This document shows positions 42,601-56,409 of a DNA stretch of 64,000 bases, one piece after another. Source of the stretch: Auanema rhodensis (Eukaryota > Animalia > Nematoda). The stretch spans positions 24,056,001 through 24,120,000 of the forward strand of contig OZ059900.1 in assembly GCA_964057225.1 (NCBI GenBank), read 5' to 3'. The translations under genes were made by a program, and so were the position numbers. Each line of letters starts with the position of its first letter. Position 1 is the first letter of the stretch. The notes below the pieces were generated by a model. It saw only the letters and a list, made by a program, of their open reading frames with translations, had not been told where the DNA came from and searched no databases.

Positions 42601-45460
42601 GCTGAACACTAGAAGAATACAAAAACACAGTATTTCCCATGAGAAATATTTTATTATGCTGGAAAACCAGTTTGTGGAAATTTCGCTGTAAACAAGGTTT
42701 TGACTTACGATTTCATGTGTTCAAACTCATGCAATGTCAATGAAACCTAGCTCAAAATTGTTCGTACAACGTCTAGTTCCACTTTCACGACAAAAAAACA
42801 GGGGTTAGAAAATTAAGGAAATTAGCATATTCTGAGGGCACGCCCCTTATGGCTAATATTGATTAAATCGATTTTTGTTCATATGAGTCGTGAAATGCAA
42901 CGAATTTCAGCGTGTTACATACTAAAATGAAGCATTTTACATGCTGAACACTAGAAAAATACAAAAACACAGTATTTCCCATGAGAAATATTTTATCATG
43001 CTGGAAAACCAGTTTTTGGAAATTTCGCTGTAAACAAGGTTTTGACTTACGATTTCATGTGTTCAAACTCATGCAATGTCAATGAAACCTAGGTCAAAAT
43101 TGTTCGTACAACGTCTAGTTCCACTTTCACGACAAAAAAACAGGGGTTAGAAAATTAAGGAAATTAGCATATTCTGAGGGCACGCCCCTTATGGCTAATA
43201 TTGATTAAATCGATTTTTGTTCATATGAGTCGTCAAATGCAACGAATTTCAGCGTGTTACACACTAAAATGAAGCATTTCACATGCTGAACACTAGAAGA
43301 ATACAAAAACACAGTATTTCCCATGAGAAATATTTTATTATGCTGGAAAACCAGTTTTTCGAAATTTCGCTGTAAACAAGGTTTTGACTTACGATTTCAT
43401 GTGTTCAAACTCATGCAATGTCAATGAAACCTAGCTCAAAATTGTTCGTACAACGTCTAGTTCCACTTTCACAACAAAAAAACAAGGGTTAGAAAATTAA
43501 GGAAATTAGCATATTCTGAGGGCACGCCCCTTATGGCTAATATTGATTAAATCGATTTTTGTTCATATGAGTCGTCAAATGCAACGAATTTCAGCGTGTT
43601 ACATACTAAAATGAAGCATTTTACATGCTGAACACTAGAAAAATACAAAAACACAGTATTTCCCATGAGAAATATTTTATTATGCTGGAAAACCAGTTTT
43701 TGGAAATTTCGCTGTAAACAAGGTTTTGACTTACGATTTCATGTGTTCAAACTCATGCAATGTCAATGAAACCTAGCTCAAAATTGTTCGTACAACGTCT
43801 AGTTCCACTTTCACGACAAAAAAACAGGGGTTAGAAAATTAAGGAAATTAGCATATTCTGGGGGTACGCCCCTTATGGCTAATATTGATTAAATCGATTT
43901 TTGTTCATATGAGTCGTCAAATGCAACGAATTTCAGCGTGTTACATACTAAAATGAAGCATTTTACATGCTGAACACTAGAAAAATACAAAAACACAGTA
44001 TTTCCCATGAGAAATATTTTATTATGCTGGAAAACCAGTTTTTGGAAATTTCGCTGTAAACAAGGTTTTGACTTACGATTTCATGTGTTCAAACTCATGC
44101 AATGTCAATGAAACCTAGGTCAAAATTGTTCGTACAACGTCTAGTTCCACTTTCACGACAAAAAAACAGGGGTTAGAAAATTAAGGAAATTAGCATATTC
44201 TGAGGGCACGCCCCTTATGGCTAATATTGATTAAATCGATTTTTGTTCATATGAGTCGTCAAATGCAACGAATTTCAGCGTGTTACACACTAAAATGAAG
44301 CATTTCACATGCTGAACACTAGAAGAATACAAAAACACAGTATTTCCCATGAGAAATATTTTATTATGCTGGAAAACCAGTTTTTGGAAATTTCGCTGTA
44401 AACAAGGTTTTGACTTACGATTTCATGTGTTCAAACTCATGCAATGTCAATGAAACCTAGCTCAAAATTGTTCGTACAACGTCTAGTTCCACTTTCACGA
44501 CAAAAAAACAGGGGTTAGAAAATTAAGGAAATTAGCATATTCTGAGGGCACGCCCCTTATGGCTAATATTGATTAAATCGATTTTTGTTCATATGAGTCG
44601 TCAAATGCAACGAATTTCAGCGTGTTACACACTAAAATGAAGCATTTCACATGCTGAACACTAGAAGAATACAAAAACACAGTATTTCCCATGAGAAATA
44701 TTTTATTATGCTGGAAAACCAGTTTTTCGAAATTTCGCTGTAAACAAGGTTTTGACTTACGATTTCATGTGTTCAAACTCATGCAATGTCAATGAAACCT
44801 AGCTCAAAATTGTTCGTACAACGTCTAGTTCCACTTTCACAACAAAAAAACAAGGGTTAGAAAATTAAGGAAATTAGCATATTCTGAGGGCACGCCCCTT
44901 ATGGCTAATATTGATTAAATCGATTTTTGTTCATATGAGTCGTCAAATGCAACGAATTTCAGCGTGTTACATACTAAAATGAAGCATTTTACATGCTGAA
45001 CACTAGAAAAATACAAAAACACAGTATTTCCCATGAGAAATATTTTATCATGCTGGAAAACCAGTTTTTGGAAATTTCGCTGTAAACAAGGTTTTGACTT
45101 ACGATTTCATGTGTTCAAACTCATGCAATGTCAATGAAACCTAGCTCAAAATTGTTCGTACAACGTCTAGTTCCACTTTCACGACAAAAAAACAGGGGTT
45201 AGAAAATTAAGGAAATTAGCATATTCTGGGGGTACGCCCCTTATGGCTAATATTGATTAAATCGATTTTTGTTCATATGAGTCGTCAAATGCAACGAATT
45301 TCAGCGTGTTACATACTAAAATGAAGCATTTTACATGCTGAACACTAGAAGAATACAAAAACACAGTATTTCCCATGAGAAATATTTTATTATGCTGGAA
45401 AACCAGTTTGTGGAAATTTCGCTGTAAACAAGGTTTTGACTTACGATTTCATGTGTTCAA
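39650..45460. repeat. Sub-domain with private markers forming 3/4-mer and 7/8-mer higher-order units
   Basis: cctaggtc at 39673, 41725, 43093, 44119; tcacaac at 41079, 42105, 43473, 44841; tgggggtacg at 41467, 42493, 43861, 45229. Recurrent offsets are 1026, 1368, 2394 and 2736. Confidence 0.88.
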
Positions 45461-48400
45461 ACTCATGCAATGTCAATGAAACCTAGCTCAAAATTGTTCG
45501 TACAACGTCTAGTTCCACTTTCACGACAAAAAAACAGGGGTTAGAAAATTAAGGAAATTAGCATATTCTGAGGGCACGCCCCTTATGGCTAATATTGATT
45601 AAATCGATTTTTGTTCATATGAGTCGTCAAATGCAACGAATTTCAGCGTGTTACATACTAAAATGAAGCATTTTACATGCTGAACACTAGAAAAATACAA
45701 AAACACAGTATTTCCCATGAGAAATATTTTATCATGCTGGAAAACCAGTTTTTGGAAATTTCGCTGTAAACAAGGTTTTGACTTACGATTTCATGTGTTC
45801 AAACTCATGCAATGTCAATGAAACCTAGCTCAAAATTGTTTGTACAACGTCTAGTTCCACTTTCACGACAAAAAAACAAGGGTTAGAAAATTAAGGAAAT
45901 TAGCATATTCTGAGGGCACGCCCCTTATGGCTAATATTGATTAAATCGATTTTTGTTTATATGAGTCGTCAAATGCAACGAATTTCAGCGTGTTACATAC
46001 TAAAATGAAGCATTTTACATGCTGAACACTAGAAAAATACAAAAACACAGTATTTCCCATGAGAAATATTTTATTATGCTGGAAAACCAGTTTTTGGAAA
46101 TTTCGCTGTAAACAAGGTTTTGACTTACGATTTCATGTGTTCAAACTCATGCAATGTCAATGAAACCTAGCTCAAAATTGTTCGTACAACGTCTAGTTCC
46201 ACTTTCACGACAAAAAAACAGGGGTTAGAAAATTAAGGAAATTAGCATATTCTGAGGGCACGCCCCTTATGGCTAATATTGATTAAATCGATTTTTGTTC
46301 ATATGAGTCGTCAAATGCAACGAATTTCAGCGTGTTACACACTAAAATGAAGCATTTCACATGCTGAACACTAGAAGAATACAAAAACACAGTATTTCCC
46401 ATGAGAAATATTTTATTATGCTGGAAAACCAGTTTTTCGAAATTTCGCTGTAAACAAGGTTTTGACTTACGATTTCATGTGTTCAAACTCATGCAATGTC
46501 AATGAAACCTAGCTCAAAATTGTTCGTACAACGTCTAGTTCCACTTTCACGACAAAAAAACAAGGGTTAGAAAATTAAGGAAATTAGCATATTCTGAGGG
46601 CACGCCCCTTATGGCTAATATTGATTAAATCGATTTTTGTTCATATGAGTCGTAAAATGCAACGAATTTCAGCGTGTTACATACTAAAATGAAGCATTTT
46701 ACATGCTGAACACTAGAAAAATACAAAAACACAGTATTTCCCATGAGAAATATTTTATTATGCTGGAAAACCAGTTTTTGGAAATTTCGCTGTAAACAAG
46801 GTTTTGACTTACGATTTCATGTGTTCAAACTCATGCAATGTCAATGAAACCTAGCTCAAAATTGTTCGTACAACGTCTAGTTCCACTTTCACGACAAAAA
46901 AACAGGGGTTAGAAAATTAAGGAAATTAGCATATTCTGAGGGCACGCCCCTTATGGCTAATATTGATAAAATCGATTTTTGTTCATATGAGTCGTCAAAT
47001 GCAACGAATTTCAGCGTGTTACATACTAAAATGAAGCATTTTACATGCTGAACACTAGAAGAATACAAAAACACAGTATTTCCCATGAGAAATATTTTAT
47101 TATGCTGGAAAACCAGTTTGTGGAAATTTCGCTGTAAACAAGGTTTTGACTTACGATTTCATGTGTTCAAACTCATGCAATGTCAATGAAACCTAGCTCA
47201 AAATTGTTCGTACAACGTCTAGTTCCACTTTCACGACAAAAAAACAGGGGTTAGAAAATTAAGGAAATTAGCATATTCTGAGGGCACGCCCCTTATGGCT
47301 AATATTGATTAAATCGATTTTTGTTCATATGAGTCGTCAAATGCAACGAATTTCAGCGTGTTACATACTAAAATGAAGCATTTTACATGCTGAACACTAG
47401 AAAAATACAAAAACACAGTATTTCCCATGAGAAATATTTTATCATGCTGGAAAACCAGTTTTTGGAAATTTCGCTGTAAACAAGGTTTTGACTTACGATT
47501 TCATGTGTTCAAACTCATGCAATGTCAATGAAACCTAGCTCAAAATTGTTTGTACAACGTCTAGTTCCACTTTCACGACAAAAGAACAAGGGTTAGAAAA
47601 TTAAGGAAATTAGCATATTCTGAGGGCACGCCCCTTATGGCTAATATTGATTAAATCGATTTTTGTTCATATGAGTCGTCAAATGCAACGAATTTCAGCG
47701 TGTTACATACTAACATGAAGCATTTTACATGCTGAACACTAGAAAAATACAAAAACACAGTATTTCCCATGAGAAATATTTTATTATGCTGGAAAACCAG
47801 TTTTTGGAAATTTCGCTGTAAACAAGGTTTTGACTTACGATTTCATGTGTTCAAACTCATGCAATGTCAATGAAACCTAGCTCAAAATTGTTCGTACAAC
47901 GTCTAGTTCCACTTTCACGACAAAAAAACAGGGGTTAGAAAATTAAGGAAATTAGCATATTCTGAGGGCACGCCCCTTATGGCTAATATTGATTAAATCG
48001 ATTTTTGTTCATATGAGTCGTCAAATGCAACGAATTTCAGCGAGTTACACACTAAAATGAAGCATTTCACATGCTGAACACTAGAAGAATACAAAAACAC
48101 AGTATTTCCCATGAGAAATATTTTATTATGCTGGAAAACCAGTTTTTCGAAATTTCGCTGTAAACAAGGTTTTGACTTACGATTTCATGTGTTCAAACTC
48201 ATGCAATGTCAATGAAACCTAGCTCAAAATTGTTCGTACAACGTCTAGTTCCACTTTCACGACAAAAAAACAGGGGTTAGAAAATTAAGGAAATTAGCAT
48301 ATTCTGAGGGCACGCCCCTTATGGCTAATATTGATTAAATCGATTTTTGTTCATATGAGTCGTCAAATGCAACGAATTTCAGCGTGTTACAAACTAAAAT

Positions 48401-51400
48401 GAAGCATTTTACATGCTGAACACTAGAAAAATACAAAAACACAGTATTTCCCATGAGAAATATTTTATTATGCTGGAAAACCAGTTTTTGGAAATTTCGC
48501 TGTAAACAAGGTTTTGACTTACGATTTCATGGGTTCAAACTCATGCAATGTCAATGAAACCTAGCTCAAAATTGTTCGTACAACGTCTAGTTCCACTTTC
48601 ACGACAAAAAAACAGGGGTTAGAAAATTAAGGAAATTAGCATATTCTGAGGGCACGCCCCTTATGGCTAATATTGATTAAATCGATTTTTGTTCATATGA
48701 GTCGTCAAATGCAACGAATTTCAGCGTGTTACATACTAAAATGAAGCATTTTACATGCTGAACACTAGAAAAATACAAAAACACAGTATTTCCCATGAGA
48801 AATATTTTATCATGCTGGAAAACCAGTTTTTGGAAATTTCGCTGTAAACAAGGTTTTGACTTACGATTTCATGTGTTCAAACTCATGCAATGTCAATGAA
48901 ACCTAGCTCAAAATTGTTCGTACAACGTCTAGTTCCACTTTCACGACAAAAAAACAGGGGTTAGAAAATTAAGGAAATTAGCATATTCTGAGGGCACGCC
49001 CCTTATGGCTAATATTGATTAAATCGATTTTTGTTCATATGAGTCGTCAAATGCAACGAATTTCAGCGTGTTACACACTAAAATGAAGCATTTCACATGC
49101 TGAACACTAGAAGAATACAAAAACACAGTATTTCCCATGAGAAATATTTTATTATGCTGGAAAACCAGTTTTTCGAAATTTCGCTGTAAACAAGGTTTTG
49201 ACTTACGATTTCATGTGTTCAAACTCATGCAATGTCAATGAAACCTAGCTCAAAATTGTTCGTACAACGTCTAGTTCCACTTTCACGACAAAAAAACAAG
49301 GGTTAGAAAATTAAGGAAATTAGCATATTCTGAGGGCACGCCCCTTATGGCTAATATTGATTAAATCGATTTTTGTTCATATGAGTCGTCAAATGCAACG
49401 AATTTCAGCGTGTTACATACTAAAATGAAGCATTTTACATGCTGAACACTAGAAAAATACAAAAACACAGTATTTCCCATGAGAAATATTTTATCATGCT
49501 GGAAAACCAGTTTTTGGAAATTTCGCTGTAAACAAGGTTTTGACTTACGATTTCATGTGTTCAAACTCATGCAATGTCAATGAAACCTAGCTCAAAATTG
49601 TTTGTACAACGTCTAGTTCCACTTTCACGACAAAAAAACAAGGGTTAGAAAATTAAGGAAATTAGCATATTCTGAGGGCACGCCCCTTATGGCTAATATT
49701 GATTAAATCGATTTTTGTTCATATGAGTCGTCAAATGCAACGAATTTCAGCGTGTTACATACTAAAATGAAGCATTTTACATGCTGAACACTAGAAAAAT
49801 ACAAAAACACAGTATTTCCCATGAGAAATATTTTATTATGCTGGAAAACCAGTTTTTGGAAATTTCGCTGTAAACAAGGTTTTGACTTACGATTTCATGT
49901 GTTCAAACTCATGCAATGTCAATGAAACCTAGCTCAAAATTGTTCGTACAACGTCTAGTTCCACTTTCACGACAAAAAAACAGGGGTTAGAAAATTAAGG
50001 AAATTAGCATATTCTGAGGGCACGCTCCTTATGGCTAATATTGATTAAATCGATTTTTGTTCATATGAGTCGTCAAATGCAACGAATTTCAGCGTGTTAC
50101 ACACTAAAATGAAGCATTTCACATGCTGAACACTAGAAGAATACAAAAACACAGTATTTCCCATGAGAAATATTTTATTATGCTGGAAAACCAGTTTTTC
50201 GAAATTTCGCTGTAAACAAGGTTTTGACTTACGATTTCATGTGTTCAAACTCATGCAATGTCAATGAAACCTAGCTCAAAATTGTTCGTACAACGTCTAG
50301 TTCCACTTTCACGACAAAAAAACAAGGGTTAGAAAATTAAGGAAATTAGCATATTCTGAGGGCACGCCCCTTATGGCTAATATTGATTAAATCGATTTTT
50401 GTTCATATGAGTCGTCAAATGCAACGAATTTCAGCGTGTTACATACTAAAATGAAGCATTTTACATGCTGAAGACTAGAAAAATACAAAAACACAGTATT
50501 TCCCATGAGAAATATTTTATTATGCTGGAAAACCAGTTTTTGGAAATTTCGCTGTAAACAAGGTTTTGACTTACGATTTCATGTGTTCAAACTCATGCAA
50601 TGTCAATGAAACCTAGCTCAAAATTGTTCGTACAACGTCTAGTTCCACTTTCACGACAAAAAAACAGGGGTTAGAAAATTAAGGAAATTAGCATATTCTG
50701 AGGGCACGCCCCTTATGGCTAATATTGATTAAATCGATTTTTGTTCATATGAGTCGTCAAATGCAACGAATTTCAGCGTGTTACAAACTAAAATGAAGCA
50801 TTTTACATGCTGAACACTAGAAGAATACAAAAACACAGTATTTCCCATGAGAAATATTTTATTATGCTGGAAAACCAGTTTGTGGAAATTTCGCTGTAAA
50901 CAAGGTTTTGACTTACGATTTCATGTGTTCAAACTCATGCAATGTCAATGAAACCTAGCTCAAAATTGTTCGTACAACGTCTAGTTCCACTTTCACGACA
51001 AAAAAACAGGGGTTAGAAAATTAAGGAAATTAGCATATTCTGAGGGCACGCCCCTTATGGCTAATATTGATTAAATCGATTTTTGTTCATATGAGTCGTC
51101 AAATGCAACGAATTTCAGCGTGTTACATACTAAAATGAAGCATTTTACATGCTGAACACTAGAAAAATACAAAAACACAGTATTTCCCATGAGAAATATT
51201 TTATCATGCTGGAAAACCAGTTTTTGGAAATTTCGCTGTAAACAAGGTTTTGACTTACGATTTCATGTGTTCAAACTCATGCAATGTCAATGAAACCTAG
51301 CTCAAAATTGTTTGTACAACGTCTAGTTCCACTTTCACGACAAAAAAACAAGGGTTAGAAAATTAAGGAAATTAGCATATTCTGAGGGCACGCCCCTTAT

Positions 51401-54400
51401 GGCTAATATTGATTAAATCGATTTTTGTTCATATGAGTCGTCAAATGCAACGAATTTCAGCGTGTTACAAACTAAAATGAAGCATTTTACATGCTGAACA
51501 CTAGAAGAATACAAAAACACAGTATTTCCCATGAGAAATATTTTATTATGCTGGAAAACCAGTTTGTGGAAATTTCGCTGTAAACAAGGTTTTGACTTAC
51601 GATTTCATGTGTTCAAACTCATGCAATGTCAATGAAACCTAGCTCAAAATTGTTCGTACAACGTCTAGTTCCACTTTCACGACAAAAAAACAGGGGTTAG
51701 AAAATTAAGGAAATTAGCATATTCTGAGGGCACGCCCCTTATGGCTAATATTGATTAAATCGATTTTTGTTCATATGAGTCGTCAAATGCAACGAATTTC
51801 AGCGTGTTACATACTAAAATGAAGCATTTTACATGCTGAACACTAGAAAAATACAAAAACACAGTATTTCCCATGAGAAATATTTTATCATGCTGGAAAA
51901 CCAGTTTTTGGAAATTTCGCTGTAAACAAGGTTTTGACTTACGATTTCATGTGTTCAAACTCATGCAATGTCAATGAAACCTAGCTCAAAATTGTTTGTA
52001 CAACGTCTAGTTCCACTTTCACGACAAAAAAACAAGGGTTAGAAAATTAAGGAAATTAGCATATTCTGAGGGCACGCCCCTTATGGCTAATATTGATTAA
52101 ATCGATTTTTGTTCATATGAGTCGTCAAATGCAACGAATTTCAGCGTGTTACATACTAAAATGAAGCATTTTACATGCTGAACACTAGAAAAATACAAAA
52201 ACACAGTATTTCCCATGAGAAATATTTTATTATGCTGGAAAACCAGTTTTTGGAAATTTCGCTGTAAACAAGGTTTTGACTTACGATTTCATGTGTTCAA
52301 ACTCATGCAATGTCAATGAAACCTAGCTCAAAATTGTTCGTACAACGTCTAGTTCCACTTTCACGACAAAAAAACAGGGGTTAGAAAATTAAGGAAATTA
52401 GCATATTCTGAGGGCACGCCCCTTATGGCTAATATTGATTAAATCGATTTTTGTTCATATGAGTCGTCAAATGCAACGAATTTCAGCGTGTTACATACTA
52501 AAATGAAGCATTTTACATGCTGAACACTAGAAGAATACAAAAACACAGTATTTCCCATGAGAAATATTTTATTATGCTGGAAAACCAGTTTTTGGAAATT
52601 TCGCTGTAAACAAGGTTTTGACTTACGATTTCATGTGTTCAAACTCATGCAATGTCAATGAAACCTAGCTCAAAATTGTTCGTACAACGTCTAGTTCCAC
52701 TTTCACGACAAAAAAACAGGGGTTAGAAAATTAAGGAAATTAGCATATTCTGAGGGCACGCCCCTTATGGCTAATATTGATTAAATCGATTTTTGTTCAT
52801 ATGAGTCGTCAAATGCAACGAATTTCAGCGTGTTACATACTAAAATGAAGCATTTTACATGCTGAACACTAGAAGAATACAAAAACACAGTATTTCCCAT
52901 GAGAAATATTTTATTATGCTGGAAAACCAGTTTGTGGAAATTTCGCTGTAAACAAGGTTTTGACTTACGATTTCATGTGTTCAAACTCATGCAATGTCAA
53001 TGAAACCTAGCTCAAAATTGTTCGTACAACGTCTAGTTCCACTTTCACGACAAAAAAACAGGGGTTAGAAAATTAAGGAAATTAGCATATTCTGAGGGCA
53101 CGCCCCTTATGGCTAATATTGATTAAATCGATTTTTGTTCATATGAGTCGTCAAATGCAACGAATTTCAGCGTGTTACATACTAAAATGAAGCATTTTAC
53201 ATGCTGAAGACTAGAAAAATACAAAAACACAGTATTTCCCATGAGAAATATTTTATTATGCTGGAAAACCAGTTTTTGGAAATTTCGCTGTAAACAAGGT
53301 TTTGACTTACGATTTCATGTGTTCAAACTCATGCAATGTCAATGAAACCTAGCTCAAAATTGTTCGTACAACGTCTAGTTCCACTTTCACGACAAAAAAA
53401 CAGGGGTTAGAAAATTAAGGAAATTAGCATATTCTGAGGGCACGCCCCTTATGGCTAATATTGATTAAATCGATTTTTGTTCATATGAGTCGTCAAATGC
53501 AACGAATTTCAGCGTGTTACATACTAAAATGAAGCATTTTACATGCTGAACACTAGAAGAATACAAAAACACAGTATTTCCCATGAGAAATATTTTATTA
53601 TGCTGGAAAACCAGTTTTTGGAAGTTTCGCTGTAAACAAGGTTTTGACTTACGATTTCATGTGTTCAAACTCATGCAATGTCAATGAAACCTAGCTCAAA
53701 ATTGTTTGTACAACGTCTAGTTCCACTTTCACGACAAAAAAACAAGGGTTAGAAAATTAAGGAAATTAGCATATTCTGAGGGCACGCCCCTTATGGCTAA
53801 TATTGATTAAATCGATTTTTGTTCATATGAGTCGTCAAATGCAACGAATTTCAGCGTGTTACATACTAAAATGAAGCATTTTACATGCTGAACACTAGAA
53901 AAATACAAAAACACAGTATTTCCCATGAGAAATATTTTATTATGCTGGAAAACCAGTTTTTGGAAATTTCGCTGTAAACAAGGTTTTGACTTACGATTTC
54001 ATGTGTTCAAACTCATGCAATGTCAATGAAACCTAGCTCAAAATTGTTCGTACAACGTCTAGTTCCACTTTCACGACAAAAAAACAGGGGTTAGAAAATT
54101 AAGGAAATTAGCATATTCTGAGGGCACGCCCCTTATGGCTAATATTGATTAAATCGATTTTTGTTCATATGAGTCGTCAAATGCAACGAATTTCAGCGTG
54201 TTACACACTAAAATGAAGCATTTCACATGCTGAACACTAGAAGAATACAAAAACACAGTATTTCCCATGAGAAATATTTTATTATGCTGGAAAACCAGTT
54301 TTTCGAAATTTCGCTGTAAACAAGGTTTTGACTTACGATTTCATGTGTTCAAACTCATGCAATGTCAATGAAACCTAACTCAAAATTGTTCGTACAACGT

Positions 54401-56409
54401 CTAGTTCCACTTTCACGACAAAAAAACAGGGGTTAGAAAATTAAGGAAATTAGCATATTCTGAGGGCACGCCCCTTATGGCTAATATTGATTAAATCGAT
54501 TTTTGTTCATATGAGTCGTCAAATGCAACGAATTTCAGCGTGTTACAAACTAAAATAAAGCATTTTACATGCTGAACACTAGAAAAATACAAAAACACAG
54601 TATTTCCCATGAGAAATATTTTATCATGCTGGAAAACCAGTTTTTGGAAATTTCGCTGTAAACAAGGTTTTGACTTACGATTTCATGTGTTCAAACTCAT
54701 GCAATGTCAATGAAACCTAGCTCAAAATTGTTCGTACAACGTCTAGTTCCACTTTCACGACAAAAAAACAGGGGTTAGAAAATTAAGGAAATTAGCATAT
54801 TCTGAGGGCACGCCCCTTATGGCTAATATTGATTAAATCGATTTTTGTTCATATGAGTCGTCAAATGCAACGAATTTCAGCGTGTTATATACTAAAATGA
54901 AGCATTTTACATGCTGAACACTAGAAAAATACAAAAACACAGTATTTCCCATGAGAAATATTTTATCATGCTGGAAAACCAGTTTTTGGAAATTTCGCTG
55001 TAAACAAGGTTTTGACTTACGATTTCATGTGTTCAAACTCATGCAATGTCAATGAAACCTAGCTCAAAATTGTTCGTACAACGTCTAGTTCCACTTTCAC
55101 GACAAAAAAACAGGGGTTAGAAAATTAAGGAAATTAGCATATTCTGAGGGCACGCCCCTTATGGCTAATATTGATTAAATCGATTTTTGTTCATATGAGT
55201 CGTCAAATGCAACGAATTTCAGCGTGTTACACATTAAAATGAAGCATTTTACATGCTGAACACTAGAAAAATACAAAAACACAGTATTTCCCATGAGAAA
55301 TATTTTATCATGCTGGAAAACCAGTTTTTGGAAATTTCGCTGTAAACAAGGTTTTGACTTACGATTTCATGTGTTCAAACTCATGCAATGTCAATGAAAC
55401 CTAGCTCAAAATTGTTTGTACAACGTCTAGTTCCACTTTCACGACAAAATAAACAGGGGTTAGAAAATTAAGGAAATTAGCATATTCTGAGGGCACGCCC
55501 CTTATGGCTAATATTGATTAAATCGATTTTTGTTCATATGAGTCGTCAAATGCAACGAATTTCAGCGTGTTACAAACTAAAATGAAGCATTTTACATGCT
55601 GAACACTAGAAAAATACAAAAACACAGTGTTTCCCATGAGAAATATTTTATTATGCTGGAAAACCAGTTTTTGGAAATTTCGCTGTAAACAAGGTTTTGA
55701 CTTACGATTTCATGTGTTCAAACTCATGCAACGTCAATGAAACCTAGCTCAAAATTGTTCGTACAACGTCTAGTTCCACTTTCACGACAAAAAAACAGGG
55801 GTTAGAAAATTAAGGAAATTAGCATATTCTGAGGGCACGCCCCTTATGGCTAATATTGATTAAATCGATTTTTGTTCATATGAGTCGTCAAATGCAACGA
55901 ATTTCAGCGTGTTACATACTAAAATGAAGCATTTTACATGCTGAACACTAGAAAAATACAAAAACACAGTATTTCCCATGAGAAATATTTTATTATGCTG
56001 GAAAACCAGTTTTTGGAAATTTCGCTGTAAACAAGGTTTTGACTTACGATTTCATGTGTTCAAACTCATGCAATGTCAATGAAACCTAGCTCAAAATTGT
56101 TCGTACAACGTCTAGTTCCACTTTCACGACAAAAAAACAAGGGTTAGAAAATTAAGGAAATTAGCATATTCTGAGGGCACGCCCCTTATGGCTAATATTG
56201 ATTAAATCGATTTTTGTTCATATGAGTCGTCAAATGCAACGAATTTCAGCGTGTTACAAACTAAAATGAAGCATTTTACATGCTGAACACTAGAAAAATA
56301 CAAAAACACAGTATTTCTCATGAGAAATATTTTATTATGCTGGAAAACCAGTTTTTGGAAATTTCGCTGTAAACAAGGTTTTGACTTACGATTTCATGTG
56401 TTCAAACTC

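Noticed and set aside
46889-47086. 65-aa ORF as a protein-coding gene
   Set aside because: It lies wholly inside one satellite monomer and exists only because of a singleton stop-removing SNP at 46968. It has no recognisable domain.
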